From Rhodospirillales bacterium (lineage in GTDB: Bacteria; Pseudomonadota; Alphaproteobacteria; Bin95): a stretch of 64,000 bases of DNA. Positions 32,534 through 43,264 of this stretch are shown here, piece by piece. The position numbers and the translations under genes were made by a program. The stretch is from positions 2,464,894-2,528,893 of the forward strand of contig JAYQLI010000035.1 of NCBI GenBank assembly GCA_038143065.1, written 5' to 3'. The notes below the pieces were generated by a model, which had not been told where the DNA came from, did not search any database, and was given only the letters and a program-made list of their open reading frames with translations. Numbering within the stretch: the first letter of the stretch is position 1; each line of letters opens with the position of its first letter.

Positions 32534-34651
32534 TCATTCCTTCAAAATGGTTTCCATCACTCGCTCTCGGGTAAGAGGCATATCAATGATTGGTTCGCCA
32601 AGTGCGTGCGCGACGGCATTCAATATGGCCGCTGCCGTAGGCCCAACAGTGCACTCGCCAACGCCAAGGGCTATGTCGTTTGGACGAGAAATTAGCTCTA
32701 AATTGATCTCTGGTACATCTGAGAAACGCAAAATTGGATAACTATCCCAATCAGTAGAAACTATTCCAGCTCCCTCGATCTTTACTTCCTCTTTCAAGGC
32801 CCAACTTGCTCCTTGGACACATCCCCTTCAAGTTGGTTCAATATACCATCAGGATTGATAGCCAGGCCGGCATCAGCGACAGCCCAAATTTGTTCGAGAC
32901 GGATCTCTTCTTCTACTGTGACGGCAACAGCAACACCTGCCATTGCGGCAATGTTTTTGTAGCGAGAATAGGCAATCCCTAGGCCTTTTCCTGTGCCGCT
33001 TGCACCTCTTTTAGACCAATCACACAGCTCTGATGTTCTCTGCAGCACTGAGCGAGCTCGATCATCATCGAGGAGAGATAGGCGGTATTCCACGGGATCT
33101 TTTCCTGCTTCCAGAGCAGCAAGATCCATCATACGTTCAATGGCGCAGACGTTGGGTAGCGCTCAAGGCCTCTCAGTGCGGAAGTGCGCACCGCTGGCTC
33201 ACGGATTAAATGATGGTGGATATGTGTTTGTCCCACCTTATATGCGGGGAACGCATTTCGTGGCCCGCCATATCCTCGTTCGGGTGGTGGATCAGCTGGG
33301 TCACCCTCTGGTGCTACAGCGCCAAGAGATTTAGCTCCAAGCATGACAACGCCGGGCGCGCCCGGCCTCTGGACATGAACTGGACTCCAGATGTTAGTTG
33401 TCCAATCTGTTGGATTTCCGTTAGCATCCAAGATAGTCTCAATATCAACTTGCATTGCAGGGCCAACCGGCTCAAACGCAAATTCTTCGTCGCGCTTCCA
33501 TTGCATGCGGATCCAGGTGTTAGGAATTTCAAGAGCTACGATAGCTGCATCAAGCGCTGCATCATCCGCTCCATTATGTCCGTAGCAGCCTGGACCGTCA
33601 GCATGACGAGCATGAATAGAATTCTCGTCAATACTCAGTGCTAGAGCCAAATTTCTGCGAAGAGGGTGCATCCCTTGGCCATGAGACCATATATCTAATT
33701 TTTTATTTTCCCAGCGCGCTAAAGCCACGGAGGGGCCAAGAGAAGCATGAGCAACATATGGCCTTGTAACAGTAACTTTTAACTTTTTACCGGGAGTTGA
33801 AGCAGCAGTTACTTGGTCACCATAAAAATTTTTAACGGCGTCTTGTCCTGGTAGGTTACGGGCATCTGCTGCGCCTTTGGAGATATTGCTTACACCACTC
33901 CATACTGCATGCTGGTAAGCAGCCCGTGCTGCTTTTTCAGCAAGCCATTCTTCATCTGCAATTAAGGCTATGAAATTGCCTTTACGAAGGATTTGAATGT
34001 CACCACCAGCTGCACGCTTAATAGCCTCTTCGTCTAAGTATGATAACTGAGCTTCAGGAGAAGGCTGTCTAAGCATGCGGGCATGCAACAAATTTTTTTC
34101 TGAGATGTCGTGAATAAAACCACTGCCCATTACCTTTTTACCAAGGTCATCACGAGGCGTATTTTTTCCTACAATCTTGTACGAGCTCGTTGTTTTATGG
34201 GGAAAACAAGCCGTTGCTTTGCGTTCCCAATCAATTTCATCTGCTACGTCCCAATAGTCGACACCAGTCACTTCCTGGTTTTTTAAAAATTCACCATTTG
34301 AAATTTCTAAATCTTCCGGGGCACAATTAAGTCTCAAGGCGGCCCGCTCCGTTAGTAGGGCTCTTGCTTCTGAAGTTACAGCTCTGATTGCAGCACCGGA
34401 AGCCATGATGGAAAGACTAGAGGTCGTATAATTTTCATCAGGCCCAATCTCTGTATCGCCTGATGCCAAAGACAATTTAGATAGGTCTATGTCTAATTCT
34501 TCAGCCGCTATTTGCCGAAGGGCAGTTACAATCCCTGTCCAATTTCAACTTTACCTGAAGCAACACGCACGGTTTTGTTTGGTAGAAAGGCAATCCAGCG
34601 GTTGAGCGATGGATTTGCTGCTAGGCTTGCAGGTAATTTTGGCAGACTCAT
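32534..34651 (-). CDS. Molybdopterin-binding hydroxylase large subunit (NicB/IorB-like), indels near 34535, 33160, 32820
   Basis: GKVEIGQG, GCYGHNGADD, RTSALRGL, NQLEGG, GVGE....P; ATGA overlap with the Fe-S gene. Confidence 0.88.
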
Positions 34652-35118
34652 GACATTAATTCCGCGGCACGCTGTATGGCGCGAATAATCCTATTATGGA
34701 CACCACATCTGCAAAGATGTTTATCAAGAGCCTCTACAATCTCAGCACGGGTTGGATGACTGTTTTTCGAGAGAAGCGACTTTGCCGTTATTATCATGCC
34801 TGATAGGCAATAGCCGCATTGGCCAGCTTGCGCCTCCACGAACGCCTGTTGAATAGGGTGAAGGCCATCAACGCTAGCTAGGCCTTCTACTGTTTCAACT
34901 GACTTGCCAGCTACCGATTGGGTCAACAATGTACAAGAGTACTGTTCGACCCCATCAACAAGCACCATGCAGCACCCGCACTGCTCAAGGCCACAGCCAT
35001 ATCGCACACTTTTGGCATTACAATCATTTCGGAGGGCGTAGATTAAGGGGCGATCTGGATCAGTTACTTCGACTTCTTTCCCGTTGAGTGTAAAGCAAAC
35101 GTTATCCAATGCATTCAC
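34648..35118 (-). CDS. (2Fe-2S)-binding small subunit (NicA/CoxS-like)
   Basis: GCGLEQCGCC..C and QCGYC..LCRC. Confidence 0.93.
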   Translation of the reverse strand: MNALDNVCFTLNGKEVEVTDPDRPLIYALRNDCNAKSVRYGCGLEQCGCCMVLVDGVEQYSCTLLTQSVAGKSVETVEGLASVDGLHPIQQAFVEAQAGQCGYCLSGMIITAKSLLSKNSHPTRAEIVEALDKHLCRCGVHNRIIRAIQRAAELMS

Positions 35119-36224
35119 TCCGCGGCCTCAGGTAAATTTACTGGGGAAGGCATCTTGGTTGGATTGATTTCAGCTAATGGCTTTCCAAAGTGCTTTTCAA
35201 TCATAGGAACAACTTTGGTCTGAAATTGGGTCATGCTGCTCATTACATCCTTACTCGGCACATCACCTACGGCAAAGTAAATATTCATATGGCTGGGTCG
35301 ATATAATTGGATTTCATCGCAAAGACGCTCTGCAACTTCTTCAGCGCTTCCCGCCACAAGATTACGGCCAATTTCATCGATTGAGGGTTCGTCAGGAAAA
35401 GCTTCTTCCTCCACCATGTAATCGTCAACCATATGCTCTCGTCTATGCCTAAGTGACTGAGCCAGACGGCGCTGAAAACGAGCTCCGTCTATGTACCGTT
35501 CGATCGTAGCCTTATTGTCGGATACGCAAACAAAACGAAGTACGCCAAGAGGTGTTTCCGCTGGGTCTTTGCCTTCTTCTAAAAAACAAGCATCAACTTG
35601 ATCTCGCATTTTTTTGATAGAAGCAGCACTTCCTACCCCGCCAGAGATAAAGGGAATAAATCCGTCTCGGGCACATCGTCTATGGCTGTTTGGATCAGCT
35701 CCTGCAATCCATATTGGTGGGCGAGGGGTCTGTGCAGATCGCACGTTTATTGCTGTATCAGGTATATTAAATTCACTGCCACTGTAGCGGAAAGTTGGCT
35801 GGCGTAAGCCTCGATCTACAATGTCCAGCATTTCATGGAACATTTCCTTATTTTTAGAAATATCCGCATTCAAACGCTCGAATTCATAATGTTGATATCC
35901 GCTGCCTACCCCAACATCGAGCCGTCCGCCTGACAAGGCATCAACTTGGGCTATTTCCGCAATTAAACGAGCTGGTGTATGCAAGGGAAGAATAAGAACG
36001 GCGCAACCTACTCGAACCCTTTGTGTTATAGCTGCAGCATGGGTGCAGAAAATTAGAGGTGAGGGACAAAGGCTGTAGTTGGAGAAATGGTGTTCGGCAA
36101 ACCAGACTCGTGAATAGCCGAGATCCTCAGCTAGTCTGACATGGTCCATCGCTTCATTAATTACTTGGTGAGGTGATATGGACCGATCACGATGCTGTAG
36201 AAGATTGAAAACACCAAAGTCCAT
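35115..36224 (-). CDS. LLM-class flavin-dependent oxidoreductase
   Basis: WFAEHHF, D.LSGGRL..G.G.G, PPIW. Confidence 0.9.
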   Translation of the reverse strand: MDFGVFNLLQHRDRSISPHQVINEAMDHVRLAEDLGYSRVWFAEHHFSNYSLCPSPLIFCTHAAAITQRVRVGCAVLILPLHTPARLIAEIAQVDALSGGRLDVGVGSGYQHYEFERLNADISKNKEMFHEMLDIVDRGLRQPTFRYSGSEFNIPDTAINVRSAQTPRPPIWIAGADPNSHRRCARDGFIPFISGGVGSAASIKKMRDQVDACFLEEGKDPAETPLGVLRFVCVSDNKATIERYIDGARFQRRLAQSLRHRREHMVDDYMVEEEAFPDEPSIDEIGRNLVAGSAEEVAERLCDEIQLYRPSHMNIYFAVGDVPSKDVMSSMTQFQTKVVPMIEKHFGKPLAEINPTKMPSPVNLPEAAE

Positions 36225-36303
36225 TGAGTATCTCCCTAAAAATTAAGCAAGCTTAACCAATGAAAGATAGATGTCTGACGATTGGTTGGGCGTAGTGTAA
36301 AAG

Positions 36304-37509
36304 TTATTGTTGATGCTCGGGCACATTAATCCCTAAAAGTCGTGCGGCGTTAAGGCCAAGAATTTTAGCCCGCGCTGTATCTGATAAACGTGGCATGGTG
36401 CGTTCGATTGCCTCCGCTGAATGAGGCCAGGTCCCTTCATGGTGGGGGTAATCGTTCGCCCACATGAAGTTATCTGCGAGGTCATATTGTTCTGCTAAGG
36501 CAAGACCTGCTGGATCTTCCTGGAACGTTGAAAATCCGTGAGCCCGATAGTAATCGCTGGGTAAACCTTGGAGCTTAGGACGGACCCACATATGGTGTTT
36601 GCGATATGCTTCATCCATCGCATCTAGCAGCCATGGAACCCATCCTATTCCAGCTTCCACAGTCGCAAATTTGAGATTTGGGAAACGCTCTAACACCCCT
36701 GATGCACAGAGGTTTGCGACGGGTTCAATGGTCGGCGAAAGTGAGTGACTAACGTAATTAATAACAGCACCACCATTACCCCTTGCTGCTCTAGGGTCTC
36801 GGCCGGTCGAAACATGGAAAGTCATTGGCATTCCAGTCTCTTGTATGAGTGCATACATTGGATCGAAATGAGGCAAATTGTAGTTCACGTGATCGATATC
36901 ATGACCGCCCCACATCGGCTTACATGGCAGGCTAAGGATTTTGTATCCCATCTTGGCGGTTCGCTCGATTTCAGCCATCGCACCATCAATGTCACCGGTA
37001 GCTATTGAAGCTACTGGAACCATGGCATCACCATAGCTAGAGAATTGTTCCCAAGCCCAGTCATTCCAGACTCGACACATTGCATTAGCAAAGACAGGGT
37101 CAGGCGTTGCCCACATTGCCAAACCCTTGTTGGGGAAAATGATTTCTACATCGATGCCATCTTTTTTGTTGTCGGCATGACGCTGGGCAGGATCAGCGCC
37201 AGCTTGGCTTCTAACCCAATCCTCACCTTCAAAGGACATCACTCGGACTCGATCGGGTCGATATCCTTCACAGTAACGCCATTGCACGCCCTTTTCATCC
37301 ACTACAATACGGGGAGCGCGTTCCTTGTAGACGTCGGGAAGTCTTTTGGCCCACAGGTCTGGTGGCTCATTGGCATGACAATCTGTTGAAACCATAAAAT
37401 ATTTTTTAGGGTCTTCTACCCGAGCAGTTCGCTCCCAGTCTTCTGCCCCTGGTGTTTCCAGTCGCCAAAGATTTTCATCATTAATCTGAACAGATTGAGC
37501 ATTATCCAT
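36304..37509 (-). CDS. Amidohydrolase_2 family metallo-dependent hydrolase
   Basis: STDCH, FHV, EAGIGW, WANDYPHHEGTWP, G.NAARL. Confidence 0.9.
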   Translation of the reverse strand: MDNAQSVQINDENLWRLETPGAEDWERTARVEDPKKYFMVSTDCHANEPPDLWAKRLPDVYKERAPRIVVDEKGVQWRYCEGYRPDRVRVMSFEGEDWVRSQAGADPAQRHADNKKDGIDVEIIFPNKGLAMWATPDPVFANAMCRVWNDWAWEQFSSYGDAMVPVASIATGDIDGAMAEIERTAKMGYKILSLPCKPMWGGHDIDHVNYNLPHFDPMYALIQETGMPMTFHVSTGRDPRAARGNGGAVINYVSHSLSPTIEPVANLCASGVLERFPNLKFATVEAGIGWVPWLLDAMDEAYRKHHMWVRPKLQGLPSDYYRAHGFSTFQEDPAGLALAEQYDLADNFMWANDYPHHEGTWPHSAEAIERTMPRLSDTARAKILGLNAARLLGINVPEHQQ

Positions 37510-37532
37510 TTTTAAGGCCTCCATTTTAGTGG

Positions 37533-37973
37533 CTATATGAGTTTCCACTGTGCGAGTGTGTGGGGCGGGTCCGTATCGAGGTGATGTTCAAAAGCAATTT
37601 CAACGTGCGCGCCAATTTCGACTTCTTGCTCCGGGCTTCCCAGTAAATTTCCAATCATTCGGATATTTCCGACGTGCGGTAGTTCGACCAGAACGATCAG
37701 ATACGGTCCAAAACCTTTCAAGGCAGAATGCACAGGGTGCCAGGGTCGTTCCCAACTATAAATTTGCCCCTTTCCATCAATTTCTTGCCAGTCAAGTTCA
37801 AAGGAGTGGCAGGCGTGGCAAATCCATTCTGGCCCCCAAATCCAGGTGTTACAGCCTTTGCATCGTTGCACCATGAGGCGCTCTTGCATAAGGCCATCCC
37901 AGTAGGGTTTGGAGAGATTGTCGTTTTCTGGAATTGGGATCGGAAGTCCTTCTGGAAGGTATCTAGCACTCAT
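37533..37973 (-). CDS. Zn-ribbon/OB-fold DUF35 protein (ChsH2 C-terminal-like)
   Basis: PYW, CKGC..CHAC, G.IYSW; adjacent to thiolase-like gene. Confidence 0.88.
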   Translation of the reverse strand: MSARYLPEGLPIPIPENDNLSKPYWDGLMQERLMVQRCKGCNTWIWGPEWICHACHSFELDWQEIDGKGQIYSWERPWHPVHSALKGFGPYLIVLVELPHVGNIRMIGNLLGSPEQEVEIGAHVEIAFEHHLDTDPPHTLAQWKLI

Positions 37974-39151
37974 ACCGTTGCCTCCGATCAAAAAATACAA
38001 TTCGAGACTGGAGTGACCATGGGGCCTGCTATAACCATAGAGACGTCTGGATCCTTCACTTGTGATGTTGAAGTTCCCCGTAATTGTCTCACAGCCTCAA
38101 TTTGTAGCTCCAACCCATGCATGTAACATTCGGCAAGATTACCTCCTGAGGTGTTTAAAGGTAGTGCGCCGTCTGGAGCATAAAATGTTTCAGGTTTAAA
38201 GAAGTCATTCACTTCATCTGGGTCGCAGAATCCATGCTCAACAATGCTCATCATTACGCCACCTGTGAAGTTTTCATAGGATTGTAAAACATCCACATCA
38301 GCTGGCGTGACCCCAGCCATTTCAAAAAGCCTAGGTGCAACACTCGAAAAATTTGCACTGGCGTAGTTTGGGTGATTATGGCTTGGTGCGGCGCACCGAT
38401 GATCTGATCCCCCTGCAGCTCCCAAGATGAAGCTAGGCTTGTGACGAATGTCTTTAGCTCGATCAGCGGGTAAAATGATGATAGCTGCAGCTCCATCATT
38501 TTCCTGGCAGCAATCAAATAGGCGCCATGGTTCTACTATCCACCGTGAAGCGTCATAGTCAGCTTCAGTTAGAGGGCGACCGTACATGACAGCACGTTGG
38601 TTTGCTTGAGCATGTCGGTAGGAGGCCAGGGAAATAGCTCGCATTGCTTCGTAATTGACGTCGTGATCATGCATAAAACGCATGCATTTCATGGCATAGC
38701 GCTGAGCAGGTGACATCAAGCCATACGGTGCTTGCATCGCCATATCACCCGAAATTGTTTTGACTGGCTGGCCTTGGCCAAAGCGCGCAAATTGTCCTTG
38801 TGCAAGTGCGCGGAACACAACGACGCAGTCTGCAAGTCCTGTTGCTACCGCTGCTGCCGCATTACCGATAGCTGCTGCACCACCTCCACCGCCACCACCC
38901 CATTGCATGTTGGAGAAGCGTAACTCTTTTGTACCGAGGGCTGCAGCTAGCCTAGAAGGATCGTTTCTGTCATTTGAATATGATGCAAAGCCATCGATAT
39001 CTTTGGGGTTGATGCCAGCATCTTCTGCTGCAGCTAGGATCGCTTTCAGGGCAAGTTTAAATTCTGCATCTGGTGAATTGCCATGTTTATAATAAGTGGT
39101 TTCACCAACTCCTGCTATCATGGCTTTGCCCCGGAGGCTTCGTGTTGCCAT
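37970..39151 (-). CDS. Thiolase-fold lipid-transfer/aldolase protein (Ltp2/SCP-x type); in-frame TGA at 37988
   Basis: GVGET, DCCQENDG, YENF, NTSGGNL...Y.HG, EAVRQLRG; no canonical thiolase Cys. Confidence 0.85.
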
Positions 39152-39325
39152 ACTCTTTTCCTTTATCTACTTGGAAAAGTTAAAGGGCTTTTAAGCTGGT
39201 CGTCTAGTCTTAACGCTAGTTTAAGGAGCTTATCTTGCGGTGTAGAAAGAATTGGCAAATTGGTTTTTTTAGTTCCTGAAGAAGACTTAACAGCTTTTAG
39301 GCGTAATCATTTCATCGCACTGCAG

Positions 39326-40162
39326 TTATTTCGAAAAGCGATTTAGAACTGGTAAAATATATTCTCGAAATGCGGCGGGGTTTTCTGACATAGGAAAATG
39401 TCCCATGCCTTTCATCTCGATGGCCTCTGCGCCAGGGATGGCTGCCGCTGTTCTTCGGCCATCCTCCGGTGTGCAAGAATAATCATACTCCCCAGTCATC
39501 AAGATGAGGGGGCATGGGGAGGAACTTTTTGCATCTGCCTCGAACTCAGAGTCCGTTCGAAAAAAATGCATATCTCCCTTAAATATGTTGGATCCACTCT
39601 GTCTGTAATGCCATAACGTTTCATTCCGGAATTCGGCAGGACTTGTAGGCGCAGCAAGACCAGATACTAGTGCCTCGCAGAAGTCACCTCTGGCAAAAAA
39701 ATCAGTATCGAGCCATGAGTTGTCCCACCAAGGAGATGGTCGGTTTGATCCTTCCAGTCCAATTGCTGCACGGAACTTCTGGCCGTGCAAGCAAGCAAGG
39801 CGTACGGCAACCCTTCCGCCCATGGAGCAGCCCATCACAATGGGTTTTTCCAAGGCAAGCGCATTAGAAAAAGCTAGAATTGTATCAACGTAAAATTCTG
39901 CCGTCAGCTTGTATTCCTTGGTCTCCCATCCGACTGGAGGATTGGATTTTCCATGCCAGGGAAGATCAAAGGCGATTACTCTGAAATTTTTTGATACATC
40001 AGGATCGCACATCAGATGACGAAATTGGCTTGCATGTGCGCCAGCGGTATGGAGGCATAGAAGCGGAATACCTTCACCAGCTTCCTCAAAATAAATGCGA
40101 TAGTCTTCGCCGGCAATTTTAAGCTTTATGTAGCGTCCAACGATGGGTTCAATTTCGGCCAT
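39326..40162 (-). CDS. Alpha/beta hydrolase
   Basis: LHTAG, GCSMGG, GEYD, GHFPMSENP; paralog of the 22131 gene. Confidence 0.88.
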   Translation of the reverse strand: MAEIEPIVGRYIKLKIAGEDYRIYFEEAGEGIPLLCLHTAGAHASQFRHLMCDPDVSKNFRVIAFDLPWHGKSNPPVGWETKEYKLTAEFYVDTILAFSNALALEKPIVMGCSMGGRVAVRLACLHGQKFRAAIGLEGSNRPSPWWDNSWLDTDFFARGDFCEALVSGLAAPTSPAEFRNETLWHYRQSGSNIFKGDMHFFRTDSEFEADAKSSSPCPLILMTGEYDYSCTPEDGRRTAAAIPGAEAIEMKGMGHFPMSENPAAFREYILPVLNRFSK

Positions 40163-40166
40163 ATTC

Positions 40167-40522
40167 CTAAACCTTCCGCAGTAGATCAAGAACAGCTTTG
40201 AAGTAAGCTAGATGTCCCAGGAGTACATTGATATCGCCTTCAATTCTCGCATTACCTGAGGCGGACATTGCAAAGATGTCATGGAAACCAGGTCTAGGAA
40301 TTGGACGCATAAATTCGGTCCATGTATCTTTTGTTGCTGCGATTACAAAGCTTGATCCTCGCATTTGAAAGGGCCCTTTTGCAACGCTGGTGATTTGTCC
40401 GTTCTCTACACAGAGTGAAATTGCTCATCATCTACCTGCAGCACAAATTTCGTTGTGCATCCGCGTCCAAGACGTTGAATATGGGCATTATTATTTACTT
40501 TTGATGCTAAGATTTCAAACAT
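40167..40522 (-). CDS. Small SCP2-like protein (indel near 40415)
   Basis: Joined ORFs resemble the N-terminal domain of the 22131-23375 protein (HIQ, W..F, PGF, GD). Confidence 0.65.
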
Positions 40523-41515
40523 AGTATCAAAGCATCCGCTCTTCGGGTCTGTACAAGGTGTAAGGGCGTTTCTCCTTTTATTGCACGAAGACAATTCTCG
40601 ACTGCACGCTGAACGACATTCTTCCTCCAAACACCGACGGACGCTGAATTGTGAGGAGAAGGGATCACATTTGGAAGATCTAAAAAGGATGTTTCATGGA
40701 AAATTTTCCATGTCGTATGGGCTCAATCCACCAAGCATCGATGCATGCACTGAAGTCAAGATTAGCCTTTAAATGCTCGTAAAGCGCTGTTTCGTTGATA
40801 ATTTCGCCTCTGGCAAGGTTAACAAGAATGGCATCAGATTTCATTGCCGCGAGGCGCGAGGCATCAATAAGATTTTCGGTTTCTTTAGTAAGTGGTAGAC
40901 TGAGTACCACCACATCAGATTTTTTCAAAAGTTCATCTAAGCGATCGATTTGGCCAATCCAGTCAAGGTAAATAGCTTGATCTGATGCTCCGCGGCGATT
41001 AACGGCAATAGTTTGCATTCCAATACCTTTAAAAGGCGCGCCATTGCCACTCCGATGCCTCCATAGCCGACGATTCCCGCTGTTCCGCCTAAAAACATCT
41101 TGTTGCGCGAGAATTGGTTAAATTCTCCTTCTTTCATTTTAGAGGCTTCAAACGCCAAGCGTTTACCGGCCGCTAAAGCCATCGCAAGGCCGTGTTCTGC
41201 CATCGGCTCTGCAAAGGCACCGCCATTTCCTGCAATAGGAAGATCACTGGGAAATTGTTTTAGGGGTAAAAAATCTACTCCAGAAGAATAAAACTGAAGT
41301 AGACGGCAGTTCTTATTAATACCTGACCCATCGTCCGGAAGGTCTGAAGGGCGACTGGCGAAGATCGCCGTGGCAGAACCCACTGCCTTGCGTTGGGCAT
41401 CAAGCTCAAGGTCCTTAAGAAAAACAATATCGGCGTCATCTCTAATTACCTGGCCAATAATCTGACGACGTTCCTCGGTTGCTTCAATGGCTACGACAAG
41501 GGATGGTTTAGGCAT
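40507..41515 (-). CDS. D-2-hydroxyacid dehydrogenase (indels near 41025 and 40685; end approximate)
   Basis: MAEH, GYGGIG, LPLT.ET, NLARG, DAW, SPHNS. Confidence 0.85.
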
Positions 41516-41598
41516 GGGAAATATCCAAATTTTTATACAAATACGAAAACTGACTAAAAGTACTTAGAGAAGACTGCCATTAAGAATCAAGCGGGTCT

Positions 41599-43113
41599 AT
41601 GATTCAGGCTATGGCGCTTCTCCCTGCATCAGGCCCTTATACTCGTGGTCAACGTATCCTCATCACTGTACCGGTATTAATGGCCTCGCTCTTGCATGCC
41701 ATAAATATGAGTACTGCGTATGTGGCGTTGCCAAATATACAAGGAAATCTGTCTGCTACCGCTGATCAAGTGGGGTGGGTGATAACGGCTTTTGTGGTCG
41801 CTAGTGCAGTTGGAACAGTTTTAACGGGTTGGTTGTCACAGCAAGTTGGCAGGCGTGCTGTCTTCCTGGGTTCTATCGCTGGTTTCACAGTCACAAGTCT
41901 ACTCTGTGCAACTGCCGTTGATTTACAACAACTAGTGCTTTTCCGAGTTTTGCAGGGATTTGTTTCCGCTCCATTACTACCAGTGTCCCAGTCAATTATG
42001 CTTGATACTTACCCACGGGAGAAACATGGGTTTGCGATGTCCATCTGGTCGATGGGCATGATCCTTGGACCAGTAATTGGACCTACAGTAGGAGCAATAG
42101 TCACCGAGTTCTATGGATGGCGATACCTTTTCCTTATCAATATCCCTCTGGGGATAGCTGCTTTCTTAGCCATTCTTCCCACCTTGCCAAAAGCACCTAA
42201 CAAGCCAACTGGGTTGGACTGGATTGGAGTTACTACCCTTATAATAGCGGTGTCTGCGTTCCAACTTATGCTTGATAGAGGAGAGCGTCAGGATTGGTTT
42301 GAGTCCACAGAAATAATAATTTCAGCATTTGTGGCGGCGTTGTCCTTTTATATCTTTATTGTCCATTCATTGACGGCTTCACGGCCCTACATAAATCTCG
42401 CGATCTTTCAAGATAGGAACTATGTCGTAGGCGTTTGTCTGATTTTCGTCTTTGGGGTAGCGGTATTCTCCAGCCTCTTCATTTTACCTCTCTTTTTGCA
42501 GAATATTCAGGGCTATTCGGTTATTTCAGCTGGCTGGGTAGTTTCTGCTCGAGGTGTAGGAACAATGATTGCTATGCTTTGTGGAGGTTTTCTTGCGGAC
42601 CGGTTTCAAGCCCGACATTTACTCATTGCCGGCCTCCTGTGTTGTGCTTTTTCCAATTGGTGGATGACCGGTTGGTCAGCAGATGTTGGCCTTGATGAAA
42701 TTATCTGGGTGACGCTGGTTAATGGCTTTGGGATGGGCGTAATGTGGGTAACACTCTCCACCGCTACCTTCTCTACTCTAGCCCCAGAATTAAGAGTTGA
42801 AGGTGCATCCCTATTTTCTCTTGTGAGGGCTATTGGTGCCAGTGTGGGCACATCAATCGTAATTATGATTCTGGTTAGATCTGCCCAGGTAAATTACTCA
42901 GAGCTTCGCGACCGCATCAGTTTTGCTAATGAAGCATTGCAAAACTTTAGTAATGGAGGTTTGTGGAATTTAGATACCGCTGGTGGCGTAGCTGCCTTGT
43001 CTAAGTTGGTTTCAAAGGAAGCCTTGATGATCGGTTTTTTAAATGACTTTGTCTTTCTGGTTGCTATAGCTGCAGTTGGAATTCCATTAGTTTTTCTTTT
43101 GCGCCGATCTTAA
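41599..43113 (+). CDS. DHA2 family (EmrB/QacA) MFS efflux permease
   Basis: VALP.I, WVITA, RVLQG, GPVIGP, FLINIPLG, DWF.S. Confidence 0.92.
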   Translation: MIQAMALLPASGPYTRGQRILITVPVLMASLLHAINMSTAYVALPNIQGNLSATADQVGWVITAFVVASAVGTVLTGWLSQQVGRRAVFLGSIAGFTVTSLLCATAVDLQQLVLFRVLQGFVSAPLLPVSQSIMLDTYPREKHGFAMSIWSMGMILGPVIGPTVGAIVTEFYGWRYLFLINIPLGIAAFLAILPTLPKAPNKPTGLDWIGVTTLIIAVSAFQLMLDRGERQDWFESTEIIISAFVAALSFYIFIVHSLTASRPYINLAIFQDRNYVVGVCLIFVFGVAVFSSLFILPLFLQNIQGYSVISAGWVVSARGVGTMIAMLCGGFLADRFQARHLLIAGLLCCAFSNWWMTGWSADVGLDEIIWVTLVNGFGMGVMWVTLSTATFSTLAPELRVEGASLFSLVRAIGASVGTSIVIMILVRSAQVNYSELRDRISFANEALQNFSNGGLWNLDTAGGVAALSKLVSKEALMIGFLNDFVFLVAIAAVGIPLVFLLRRS

Positions 43114-43193
43114 GTGGTTACTGTCAGAGTGAATTTGTTACTTGGAAGCCGAGGTTGGTTTGGGTGGTCAATTTGGAAGCTCATTAAACCTAA

Positions 43194-43225
43194 AAAGCCC
43201 GATGGACCCTGGTCCATTGGGCTTT
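43194..43225. terminator. Hairpin terminator between convergent genes
   Basis: AAAGCCCGATGGACC-CT-GGTCCATTGGGCTTT inverted repeat. Confidence 0.7.
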
Positions 43226-43264
43226 CTATCCTTTAGGAAAAGGTAAAACCGTAGTAGCTGCTGT

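Noticed and set aside
32534-35118. Selenium-dependent Mo-hydroxylase linked to selU
   Set aside because: No selD, yqeB or yqeC in the window; three unrelated genes separate them, and selU serves tRNA modification
16775-37990. Alternative genetic code (TAG=Gln, TGA=Gly or Sec)
   Set aside because: TAG and TGA end many intact genes here (engB and regA use TAG; yidC uses TGA); only one case of each, and the TGA is not at a Cys position
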